Of a stretch of 32,000 nt of DNA, positions 18,587 to 26,519 are shown in pieces. The position numbers and the translations under genes are program-made. Positions within the stretch are counted from its first letter, which is position 1, and each line of letters begins with the position of its first letter. Source of the stretch: Alkanindiges sp. WGS2144 (lineage in GTDB: Bacteria > Pseudomonadota > Gammaproteobacteria > Pseudomonadales > Moraxellaceae); assembly GCF_043950625.1 (NCBI RefSeq), contig NZ_CP171007.1; one strand, written 5' to 3'. The notes beneath the pieces are model-generated. The model made no database searches, was not told the DNA's origin, and worked only from the letters and a program-made list of their open reading frames with translations.

Positions 18587-19864
18587 TCAACGCCAGCTTT
18601 TTTTGCCGGTTAAATTAAAATCAGCATTTTGTAGGGCTGTTTGAGTGAACCACCACAAACGTGGATCGCCAGTAATACTACTACCGGCAAAATTGTGCAC
18701 ATAGGCAAAACTTAATTCACGCGCTGGATCACACCATGCACCAGAACCATTATAGCCAATATGACCAAAACCCTGCGGTACGCGCTTACCCAGCGTTAAC
18801 ACACGATGATAGCCCAAACGCCAATTCATGGGTAAGGTCATGATGCGGTCACGCTGGGTGGTTTGTACTTCACTGAGCAGCCGGACACACCCCGGACTTA
18901 AATATTGCTGACCGTCAATTTCACCCTGATTGACCAGCATGGCATACATTTTAGCCAAAGAGCGTGCGGTAAACACCCCATTGGCAGCTGGAATACAGGC
19001 TTGCAGTGCCCGATCAGTAAAAAAGCTAAAACGGCTAATTCCTTTGGGCATTAATGCATCTTCGGCCTCATAAGGATCCAGTCCAGTGAGCTTGAGTGCC
19101 TTTTCCTGCAGGGTTAGTGGACGGCGACCATTGGGCAATAAAGGCAAATGTTTTTTTGCTGGTTTATTGACTGCTTTGTCCTGATCTGGTTTATTGGGTG
19201 GCAATATAGGCCGTGCTACCCGATCCAGCTCATTAGTAGGCACACCAAAATACGCACCATCCAGCCCTAGTGGCTCTACCAGTTCTTTTTGAAAAATCTC
19301 ACATATTCGCTGACCAGTGACTTTTTCAATCATACCGCCCAGCAACCAGCCAAAACTCAAAGCCTGATAAGCTGTTTGGCTGCCCGGTTCAAAACGTGGG
19401 CTGGCCTTTTCATAGACCTGAAGCATTTCCTCCCAGTCCAGCATTTGCGCAGCAGACTGGATATTCTGCCGGATATCAAATAAGCCTGACTGATGCGATA
19501 ACACATGCCGTAAGCTAATATGTTCCTTACCGTTTTTGCCAAACTCAGGCCAGTAATACGCCACACGCTGATCATAATCCAGCAAGCCCTGATCCGCTAA
19601 CCGATGCACCAGCGTGGCAAGCGCTGCCTTTCCAGTAGAAAAACTAAGCGCCATACTGTCTTGCTGCCACGCCGTGTTGTCTTTTAACTGCCCTGTCCAC
19701 ACATCGACTACTTTTTGTCCTTTAAAATAAACTGCCAGCGCCGAACCACCGCGCCCGGTAGGTGGCTGGATTTTTTTAAATGTATTGACCAGTGGCGCAA
19801 ATGATTCATCATAATGGCCTTCTAGCTGCACCTGAACCGCTCCAAGCAAGTGCTGTAAATTCAT
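18587..19864 (-). CDS. beta-lactamase-fold serine hydrolase (EstB-like esterase)
   Basis: It has the S-x-x-K motif (SFSTGK) about 70 aa from the N-terminus and a class C/esterase family layout. The start is set at the ATG at 19864 (MNLQHLLGAV). The upstream 39 codons of the ORF track look non-coding. Confidence 0.78.
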   Translation of the reverse strand: MNLQHLLGAVQVQLEGHYDESFAPLVNTFKKIQPPTGRGGSALAVYFKGQKVVDVWTGQLKDNTAWQQDSMALSFSTGKAALATLVHRLADQGLLDYDQRVAYYWPEFGKNGKEHISLRHVLSHQSGLFDIRQNIQSAAQMLDWEEMLQVYEKASPRFEPGSQTAYQALSFGWLLGGMIEKVTGQRICEIFQKELVEPLGLDGAYFGVPTNELDRVARPILPPNKPDQDKAVNKPAKKHLPLLPNGRRPLTLQEKALKLTGLDPYEAEDALMPKGISRFSFFTDRALQACIPAANGVFTARSLAKMYAMLVNQGEIDGQQYLSPGCVRLLSEVQTTQRDRIMTLPMNWRLGYHRVLTLGKRVPQGFGHIGYNGSGAWCDPARELSFAYVHNFAGSSITGDPRLWWFTQTALQNADFNLTGKKSWR

Positions 19865-20060
19865 GTTATTTCCCTGTACTATCTGGCAAAAGTGCTGTGG
19901 GGTTGATCTTAAATATTGTCCGTTGTACCGCAAAACCTTGACCCATTGCAATGTATACAGTTGGCCTAATATGGATGACAATGCAAATAATTTTAATCAG
20001 CCGTCCAGACCGACCTGTACATCATTCCAAAGCTCAAAATAGCTTGTCATCTCTGAGCCT

Positions 20061-20100
20061 ATAAAACAAAAAAAGCTGACCTATCAAGATCAGCTTTTTT
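20061..20100 (-). terminator. Rho-independent terminator downstream of the MaoC dehydratase gene
   Basis: The AGCTGA/TCAGCT stem is extended by flanking A and T runs (AAAAAAAGCTGA...TCAGCTTTTTT). On the minus strand the hairpin is followed by TTTTTTTGTTTTAT. It begins about 17 nt after the stop at 20117. Confidence 0.75.
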
Positions 20101-20116
20101 CATAAACGCACTCACT

Positions 20117-20977
20117 TTACAGTGAATTAACCTGACCGCTTAGGTGCGGCTTGCTGGTATTACTATCACACAGCTCAAAATAGGTAGTTGCACCTTTTTG
20201 GGAAGAAAAAGTAACTTGCGCCGGAATAAATACAGGCAACTTGAACTGAACACACGCCTCGTAAGCTGCTGGTAGCTCACCCAGTGCCGCCAGTGAGCGG
20301 GCTTTAGTCCACATCCCGTGTGCAATGGCCCGTTTAAAACCAAATGCTTTTGCAGTGAGCTCATGAATGTGGATTAAGTTCACATCACCAGAAATGGCAG
20401 CATAACGACGGCCAATATTTTCAGGGATGTTCCAGTCTTCTTTTTGCTGGTATTCCGGCTTGCATACTTCAGCTGGTTTGGTTGTCTTGGCTGCACTCGT
20501 ATCCACTTTCTGGCGTGCAAGATAGGTGGTCACGCCACTATAAACTTCTTCGCCATTTACACTGGCCGCGGTAATAAAATCAAACTCCAGCCCCTTGTCA
20601 TGCTGGCGTAACTCACCAAATTTGCAGGATAAGCTGAGCACTTGACTGGCCTGAATTTTACGGGTCTGGCGTACCACATTACGAATATGCACCAGCCCCA
20701 GTAAAGGAAATGGAAATGGCTCTTCGGTCATCATGCTCATTTGCAGCGCCTGTGCCTGAACTGCCAGATACATGGCAGGCACTGTGCCATCGTTTTTAAA
20801 AGTGCAAATGTCATTATAGGCTTTTAAATGTTTTTCATTAATGTTTAAACGATCGACAATATATTCCGCCTGAGGTAGTTTTTTTTCCTTAAATTTAGGC
20901 TTACTAATTAATGATAAAATAACCTTGCCATAGGCCTTGTAAGGCTTTGGCAGTGAATCAAAATGGCGGACGCTCAT
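20117..20977 (-). CDS. MaoC-like double-hotdog (R)-specific enoyl-CoA hydratase/3-hydroxyacyl dehydratase (HtdX-like)
   Basis: It has a hydratase-2-like motif YAAISGDVNLIHIHELTAKAFGFKRAIAHG in the C-terminal hotdog. At 286 aa it fits a fused double hotdog. GAGGA lies 7 nt upstream of the ATG at 20977. Confidence 0.8.
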   Translation of the reverse strand: MSVRHFDSLPKPYKAYGKVILSLISKPKFKEKKLPQAEYIVDRLNINEKHLKAYNDICTFKNDGTVPAMYLAVQAQALQMSMMTEEPFPFPLLGLVHIRNVVRQTRKIQASQVLSLSCKFGELRQHDKGLEFDFITAASVNGEEVYSGVTTYLARQKVDTSAAKTTKPAEVCKPEYQQKEDWNIPENIGRRYAAISGDVNLIHIHELTAKAFGFKRAIAHGMWTKARSLAALGELPAAYEACVQFKLPVFIPAQVTFSSQKGATTYFELCDSNTSKPHLSGQVNSL

Positions 20978-21020
20978 GCTGTTTTCCTCAAGCAACAATT
21001 AAAAATTGAATTAAATATAC

Positions 21021-21050
21021 AAAAGCAAACGGGGCGCCTAAAGCACCCCG
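21021..21050 (-). terminator. terminator-like GC-rich hairpin between the fabG4-like and MaoC genes (possible intra-operon attenuator)
   Basis: The minus strand reads CGGGGTGC-TTTAG-GCGCCCCG, an 8-bp stem with one G-U pair, followed by TTTGCTTTTGTATATTT. It begins 18 nt after the fabG4-like stop at 21068. Confidence 0.5.
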
Positions 21051-21067
21051 CTGTTCAGGCTAAAAAA

Positions 21068-22459
21068 TTATGCACCGAGCAAGCTTTGTCCACATACACG
21101 AACCACATTCCCATTAACACCAGTAGAAGCTGGATTGGCAAACCAGGCAATGGCTTCTGCTACATCCACCGGCTGTCCACCCTGCTGCATGGAGTTCATG
21201 CGGCGGCCTGCTTCACGAATGCCCAGCGGAATTGCTGCGGTCATCTGGGTTTCAATAAAGCCTGGTGCAACGGCATTAATCGTGATGCCCTTTTTAAGGA
21301 TCGGCGCAGTAAATTTCACCAGACCAATTACCCCTGCTTTAGAAGCAGCATAGTTGGTCTGACCCATGTTACCGGCAATCCCGCTAATGGAAGATACGCA
21401 GATAATACGGCCATTTTCATTTAAGCCATCATTTTCCAGCAGGTAATCATTGATACGCTCAGCAGCAGACAGGTTAATATTAATGACCATATCCCACAGG
21501 TTTTCTTTCATGTTGGCCAGTGTCTTGTCGCGAGTCACGCCAGCATTGTGCACAATAACATCTAGACCACCTTTAGATGCGGCAAATTCCTGAATTTTCT
21601 GGCCAGCATCTTCTGCAGTAATATCCAGTGCCAGTACGCTACCACCAATTTCGCCCGCCACACGTTGCAAATCAGCATCCTGAGCCGGAATATCCAGGCA
21701 AATTACATGCGCACCATCACGGGCCAGTGTACGGGCAATCGCCTCACCAATGCCACGGCTAGCGCCAGTAACCAGCGCAGTTTTACCGTTTAATGGCGTG
21801 TTCCACTCTACGCTTACTGTCCCGGCCTTAGTAATGCTAATCACCTGACCAGATACATAAGCAGACTTGGGCGACAACAGGAAGCGTAACGTAGACTCCA
21901 GGTTTTTCTCAGCCCCTTTACCAACGTATACCAGCTGGGCAGTCATCCCTTTTTTAAATTCCTTGCCTACTGATCTGACAAAACCTTCCAGCGCACGTTG
22001 TGCAATAGCTGCCTTAACGCTACCGGCTGCATCAGGTGCACGGCCAACAACAATTACCCGGCCAGATGGCAATAGCTGACGCGCGATAGGATGAAAAAAG
22101 TTGTATAGCTCAGCCAGTTGCTCTGAATTTGCAATTCCTGAAGCATCAAATACAAAGGCTTTAAAACGTGATTCCTTATCGCCGCTATTAAAAGCACGTA
22201 AATTCAAGCCAGACTTGGCAGCAACCTGTTGTAATTGTGCATTATCACCTGCATAGGTATCAGCATGGATACTGACTAAGGCGTCACTAATTGCAGCAGA
22301 CAAGGTGCTACCCGACGCAGCGCCCAGCAATATGGCACCATTCACCAGTGGTTTGCCTGCATCAAAACGGTCAAGCTCAACGGGTGCAGGCAAGCCCAGA
22401 TTTTTGACGACTAATTTACCCAAAGCAGAGTTGGCAAATGTCTGGTAACGATCGCTCAT
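21068..22459 (-). CDS. high-molecular-weight FabG-type 3-oxoacyl reductase (FabG4-like SDR with an extra N-terminal domain)
   Basis: The C-terminal classical SDR domain has TGASRGIG and YAASK (YxxxK). It is preceded by an additional domain of about 210 aa, giving 463 aa in total, as in the FabG4 architecture. Confidence 0.85.
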   Translation of the reverse strand: MSDRYQTFANSALGKLVVKNLGLPAPVELDRFDAGKPLVNGAILLGAASGSTLSAAISDALVSIHADTYAGDNAQLQQVAAKSGLNLRAFNSGDKESRFKAFVFDASGIANSEQLAELYNFFHPIARQLLPSGRVIVVGRAPDAAGSVKAAIAQRALEGFVRSVGKEFKKGMTAQLVYVGKGAEKNLESTLRFLLSPKSAYVSGQVISITKAGTVSVEWNTPLNGKTALVTGASRGIGEAIARTLARDGAHVICLDIPAQDADLQRVAGEIGGSVLALDITAEDAGQKIQEFAASKGGLDVIVHNAGVTRDKTLANMKENLWDMVININLSAAERINDYLLENDGLNENGRIICVSSISGIAGNMGQTNYAASKAGVIGLVKFTAPILKKGITINAVAPGFIETQMTAAIPLGIREAGRRMNSMQQGGQPVDVAEAIAWFANPASTGVNGNVVRVCGQSLLGA

Positions 22460-22557
22460 GGTTTATCTCTCACATCAAATAAATGAATAACCTGAATAAA
22501 AAACAGCGAGTGCCGTCTTTAGGGCGGCTATTTGGAAATGGTATAAATTATGGTATA

Positions 22558-22575
22558 CATTGCTCAATTGCAATG
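22558..22575. promoter_or_regulatory. candidate operator/promoter element: inverted repeat CATTGC-N6-GCAATG upstream of the fabG4-like gene
   Basis: The perfect 6-bp arms surround TCAATT. The repeat overlaps a possible minus-strand promoter, TTGCAA (22573-22568), 17 nt, TAATTT (22550-22545). It sits next to the direct repeat ATGGTATA at 22538-22545 and 22550-22557. Confidence 0.3.
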
Positions 22576-22714
22576 CTTAACATGTTGTTTTTTACCAAAA
22601 ATATATTACCCTAAGACAAAACACCACAAAAATTTGTGCACAGCGGGTTACTTACAAATTTTCAATGCCTATGCTAACGGAGTTTTTCCACCAGATATTT
22701 GACTTTTAGGCATA

Positions 22715-22736
22715 ATTGACTGGCATTCGAGTCAAT
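22715..22736. promoter_or_regulatory. candidate operator: inverted repeat ATTGACT-N8-AGTCAAT upstream of the thiolase gene
   Basis: The perfect 7-bp arms lie at 22715-22721 and 22730-22736. A further direct TTGACT lies at 22699-22704. The TTGACT elements also resemble -35 hexamers. The site is 64-85 nt upstream of the ATG at 22800. Confidence 0.35.
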
Positions 22737-22799
22737 ACTTTAAGGTCACTTTATGTTAAGGTTAGCCACTCTAAAATTCACTATTTTTGGGAAAACTTT

Positions 22800-24290
22800 A
22801 TGAGTCAATCCTCAAAAGATCAACCCGAATTGAGCAACAGTGCAAAAAAAACAGACCAAACCAGTGTTGGTAAGTCTGCGGCCAAGCGCCCTGCCACTCG
22901 TTCCTCGACTAGCAGTAAGGCAACTTCATCGGCGACCTCCCGCCGTGCCAGTGCAAGCAAAAAAACTGCTGCATCTTCCACCAAAAAACAGGACTCATCC
23001 ATGAGCAAACAACCTGCTTCTGTTCGTCGCGTTGCCATCATCGGCGGCAACCGTATTCCATTTGCCCGTTCAAATGGCCCATACTTTACAGCGTCCAATA
23101 TGGACATGTTTACTGCGGCATTAAATGGGCTGGTCGAGCGTTTTAACCTGCAAGGCCAGCGTTTGGGTGAAGTAGTGGCAGGTGCAGTACTCAAGCATAG
23201 CCGTGACTTCAATATGACACGTGAGTGTGTATTAAATACAGCTTTAGCACCAGAAACCCCAGCCTATGACATTCAGCAAGCCTGCGGTACTGGTTTGCAA
23301 GCTGCTTTCCTGGTAGCAAACAAAATTGCACTGGGTCAAATTGAAGTGGGTGTTGCCGGCGGCGTAGACACCACCTCTGATGCACCTATCGCATTTGGTG
23401 ACGGCCTGCGTAAAGTATTTCTGGAATTAAATATTGCCAAAACTGCTAAAGACCGCTTAAAGGCATTAAGCAAAATTAATGTTAAAGATCTGTTAGATGC
23501 TCCTAAAAATGGTGAGCCACGCACTGGCTTATCCATGGGTGACCATCAGGCCATTACAGCACTGGAATGGAACATTAGCCGTGAAGATCAGGACGCGCTG
23601 GCTGCGTCTAGTCACCAGAAAATGGCTGCTGCCTATGAGCGTGGCTTCTTTGATGACCTGATCACGCCATTTATGGGTGTTAACCGCGATAACAACCTGC
23701 GCCCAGACAGCTCAGTTGAAAAACTGGCCAAGCTCAAGCCAGTATTTGGTAAGGGCGAAAACGCCACCATGACTGCTGGTAACTCTACTCCATTAACTGA
23801 TGGTGCTTCCTGTGTACTGCTGGCCTCTGAAGAGTGGGCTAAAGCCAATGGTCACGAAGTATTGGCTTATCTGACCTTCTCTGAAACTGCGGCAGTTGAC
23901 TTTGTGGGTAAAAAAGAAGGCCTGCTGATGGCGCCTGCGTATGCTGTTCCTCGTATGCTGGAACGTGCGGGCCTTACCCTGCAAGACTTTGACTTCTATG
24001 AAATCCACGAAGCCTTTGCATCACAAGTACTGTCTACCCTAAAAGCGTGGGAAGATCCAACCTTCTGTAAAGAGCGCTTAGGCCTGGATAAGCCGCTAGG
24101 TTCTATTGACCGTAGCAAGCTGAACGTAAATGGCTCATCCCTGGCGGCTGGTCACCCATTTGCTGCCACTGGTGGCCGTATTGTGGCAACTGCTGCTAAG
24201 CTTTTAAATGAAAAAGGTTCAGGCCGTGCACTGATTTCAATCTGTGCAGCGGGTGGTCAGGGCGTGACTGCAATTGTTGAAAAGCCATAA
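22800..24290 (+). CDS. FadA2-type acetyl-CoA acyltransferase (thiolase); start uncertain (22800 or 23001)
   Basis: The thiolase core runs from RRVAIIGGNRIPFARS, with the active-site Cys in QQACGTGLQA and C-terminal NVNGSSLAAGHPFAATGG and CAAGGQG. The frame is open upstream to 22716, with candidate starts at ATG 22800 and ATG 23001 (AGGA 8 nt upstream). Confidence 0.85.
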   Translation: MSQSSKDQPELSNSAKKTDQTSVGKSAAKRPATRSSTSSKATSSATSRRASASKKTAASSTKKQDSSMSKQPASVRRVAIIGGNRIPFARSNGPYFTASNMDMFTAALNGLVERFNLQGQRLGEVVAGAVLKHSRDFNMTRECVLNTALAPETPAYDIQQACGTGLQAAFLVANKIALGQIEVGVAGGVDTTSDAPIAFGDGLRKVFLELNIAKTAKDRLKALSKINVKDLLDAPKNGEPRTGLSMGDHQAITALEWNISREDQDALAASSHQKMAAAYERGFFDDLITPFMGVNRDNNLRPDSSVEKLAKLKPVFGKGENATMTAGNSTPLTDGASCVLLASEEWAKANGHEVLAYLTFSETAAVDFVGKKEGLLMAPAYAVPRMLERAGLTLQDFDFYEIHEAFASQVLSTLKAWEDPTFCKERLGLDKPLGSIDRSKLNVNGSSLAAGHPFAATGGRIVATAAKLLNEKGSGRALISICAAGGQGVTAIVEKP

Positions 24291-24333
24291 TGGGTTTTTA
24301 GCGAACGTATTATTTTAGTAGCAACTGCTCACT

Positions 24334-24370
24334 AAAAAACCCTGCTGCTGTTTGAGTAGCAGGGTTTTTT
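24334..24370. terminator. bidirectional Rho-independent terminator between the convergent thiolase and DAHP synthase genes
   Basis: The sequence AAAAAACCCTGCTGCTGTTTGAGTAGCAGGGTTTTTT forms a CCCTGCT/AGCAGGG stem, extendable by inner CT/AG pairs. It has a T6 tract on the plus strand and, through the A6 run, a T6 tract on the minus strand. Confidence 0.8.
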
Positions 24371-24499
24371 ATTGACTAAAAATTGGAAAAACTTTATTTA
24401 ATTAAAACAGCAATTAGTATATTTAAGCAGTGTTTTTATATCAAAAACCCACCTTCATTTTCAATCCAGTGGGCTTTTGGTACTACGTTTTATTCAGGA

Positions 24500-25603
24500 T
24501 TAGCCACGCTTAGGCAACACATCCTGTAAGGCTGCATGCATTTTCAGCAAGGTGTCTTCAGTGGTTTGCCAGTCAATGCAGCCGTCGGTGACTGATTTGC
24601 CATATTCAAGCTGGCTTAAATCGCCCAGGATATCCTGACGGCCACCTTTTAGGTGACTCTCCACCATTAAACCAACAATGGACTGGTTACCATCAACAAT
24701 TTGCTGGGTAATATTTTCCAGCACCAATGGTTGCAAGAAAGGATCCTTGTTGCTATTGGCGTGGCTGGCGTCGATCATGATTTTACTGCTGACTTTGGCC
24801 TTAGCTAATGCTGCTTCAGTTTGTGCTACCGCAGTGGCATCATAGTTTGGCTTGCCGTTGCCGCCACGCAGCACCACATGGCCATACTGGTTGCCTTTGG
24901 TACGGATGATTGCCACCTGACCTTCTTCATTGAGACCCAAAAAGCTGTGGCCAGACTGTACTGCCTGCATGGCATTAATGGCAACGGTTAAGCCACCATC
25001 AGTGCCGTTTTTAAAGCCCACAGGTGATGACAAGCCAGAGGACATTTCACGGTGGGTCTGGCTCTCAGTGGTACGTGCGCCAATGGCCGACCAACTAATT
25101 AAATCCTGCAAATATTGCGGAGAGTTTGGGTCTAAGGCTTCAGTAGCACAAGGCAGGCCTTTTTCATTGAGCTCAAGCAGAAGCTTACGACCAGTACGCA
25201 GACCTTTTTCAATATTAAAAGAGTCATTCATGTCCGGGTCATTAATCAGGCCTTTCCAGCCGACCGTGGTACGTGGTTTTTCAAAATAAACCCGCATCAC
25301 AATATATAAAGTGTCTTTTACTTTTTCACTCAATGCTTTTAAACGGTCAGCATACTCATGTGCTGCCGCTGGATCATGAATAGAACATGGCCCAATCACC
25401 ACAAACAGACGGTTATCTTTACCGTCCAGAATATTACGAATGGTTTGACGTCCTTGCAAAACCACTGATCGTGCCACATCAGAAATAGGAAGTTCAGCCT
25501 TAAGCTGTGCCGGAGTAATCAGGGTTTGAATGGCTGCGATATTGATATCTTCGACCTGCTCTTCATGTCCTGATTGGTTTACGATATTATTCATTGCGTT
25601 CAC
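24500..25603 (-). CDS. aroG: class I 3-deoxy-7-phosphoheptulonate (DAHP) synthase; isoenzyme type not determinable
   Basis: It has IGPCSIHD and KPRTTVGWKGLINDP motifs and full-length colinearity with AroF/G/H. The ORF-track start at 25603 is a GTG; the alternative ATG at 25594 gives MNNIVNQ. The symbol is given generically. Confidence 0.9.
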   Translation of the reverse strand: MNAMNNIVNQSGHEEQVEDINIAAIQTLITPAQLKAELPISDVARSVVLQGRQTIRNILDGKDNRLFVVIGPCSIHDPAAAHEYADRLKALSEKVKDTLYIVMRVYFEKPRTTVGWKGLINDPDMNDSFNIEKGLRTGRKLLLELNEKGLPCATEALDPNSPQYLQDLISWSAIGARTTESQTHREMSSGLSSPVGFKNGTDGGLTVAINAMQAVQSGHSFLGLNEEGQVAIIRTKGNQYGHVVLRGGNGKPNYDATAVAQTEAALAKAKVSSKIMIDASHANSNKDPFLQPLVLENITQQIVDGNQSIVGLMVESHLKGGRQDILGDLSQLEYGKSVTDGCIDWQTTEDTLLKMHAALQDVLPKRG

Positions 25604-25760
25604 AACACGCCCACTACAATACGAAAAAGATGTAATGCTATAGGATGGGGCTTATGCTCAATAACTGCAAGTAATTCTTTTAAAAATTCAATGGGCTTAT
25701 GCCGAACCATTACCCAGTTAAATCCAAAAACGGCCAAATATGCCCCGACTGTTTTTTATC

Positions 25761-26519
25761 TTAAAAATAAAATGCCAAGCCAGCACTATAAAACCAGCCT
25801 TCCTCACTTTGCGTTACAGGCTGTATGAGGGTGGCCTTGTGGCCTTTTTCATAATGATAACCTACATCAACAAAAGGTCTGAACGTTTTATTGACCTCAT
25901 AGCGGGTTTGAATACCAGTTTTTAGCATGGATAACCCTGTTTTACGAGCAACCTCAGAAGCATCACTTAACACCAGCTCCGCTTCTATATAAGGCTGGGT
26001 AATTAACTTTTGTGTCAGTAAAAAATCCCGTTCCAGCTCCAGGCCAACGAACCAGCGCTGGTTTTTGCCAGCATACATATGAGCCTGGGTTTCAATAAAA
26101 TAGGGTGCCAGACCCATGAAACCTACTACATAATCCGTATGGCGGTGACCCGCCACACTCTTGCTCAATCTGAGACCAGTTTGTGCATCCCAAAATTCAG
26201 CAATATTACGGCTGTACAATGCTAAAATATTATAACTGGCTTTACTTCCTTCTTCCTTATCGGCATTTGCCTCTACAAATAGCCGGTTTTCATCACTTCC
26301 TATCAGGCTTTGCAGTTTACTTTCTAGCGATCGCTGCCCCTGGTCATCTACGAGCCACTCACTCTCCAGGTGAGTTGCCTGATAAATCTGTCCACCATGC
26401 TCTTTTAAGTGTTTTTGATAGCTGGCTGAATAAATCTCTTGCTCCAAAGCAAAAGCAGAATGCACCATGCTCGAACCAGATAACACACCCGCCACAATGA
26501 ACTGCTTAATGATGTGCAT
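25761..26519 (-). CDS. copB: copper resistance protein B (CopB/PcoB outer-membrane protein)
   Basis: A Sec signal peptide (MHIIKQFIVAGVLSGSSMVHSAFA) starts from the ATG at 26519. The beta-strand-rich sequence ends in the aromatic AFYF. Its position immediately after copA, with a 14-nt overlap, fits the copAB pair. Confidence 0.82.
   Translation of the reverse strand: MHIIKQFIVAGVLSGSSMVHSAFALEQEIYSASYQKHLKEHGGQIYQATHLESEWLVDDQGQRSLESKLQSLIGSDENRLFVEANADKEEGSKASYNILALYSRNIAEFWDAQTGLRLSKSVAGHRHTDYVVGFMGLAPYFIETQAHMYAGKNQRWFVGLELERDFLLTQKLITQPYIEAELVLSDASEVARKTGLSMLKTGIQTRYEVNKTFRPFVDVGYHYEKGHKATLIQPVTQSEEGWFYSAGLAFYF

Noticed and set aside
20963-21424. A 153-aa plus-strand ORF, the longest unexplained ORF in the track
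   Set aside because: It lies entirely antisense to the well-supported MaoC and fabG4-like genes. It has no ribosome-binding site and no recognisable motif, and its Cys/His/Arg-rich composition is typical of the reverse frame of a real gene.
22820-23212. A 130-aa minus-strand ORF opposite the thiolase 5' region
   Set aside because: It is antisense to the thiolase core and extension. Its Ala/Leu/Arg-rich sequence mirrors the Ser/Ala/Lys codons on the other strand, and it has no start context or motif.
24443-24478. A possible terminator hairpin just after the DAHP synthase stop (CCCAC...GTGGG followed by T5 on the minus strand)
   Set aside because: It has only a 5-bp stem and a 16-nt loop. The strong bidirectional terminator at 24334-24370 is a better candidate for ending this transcript.
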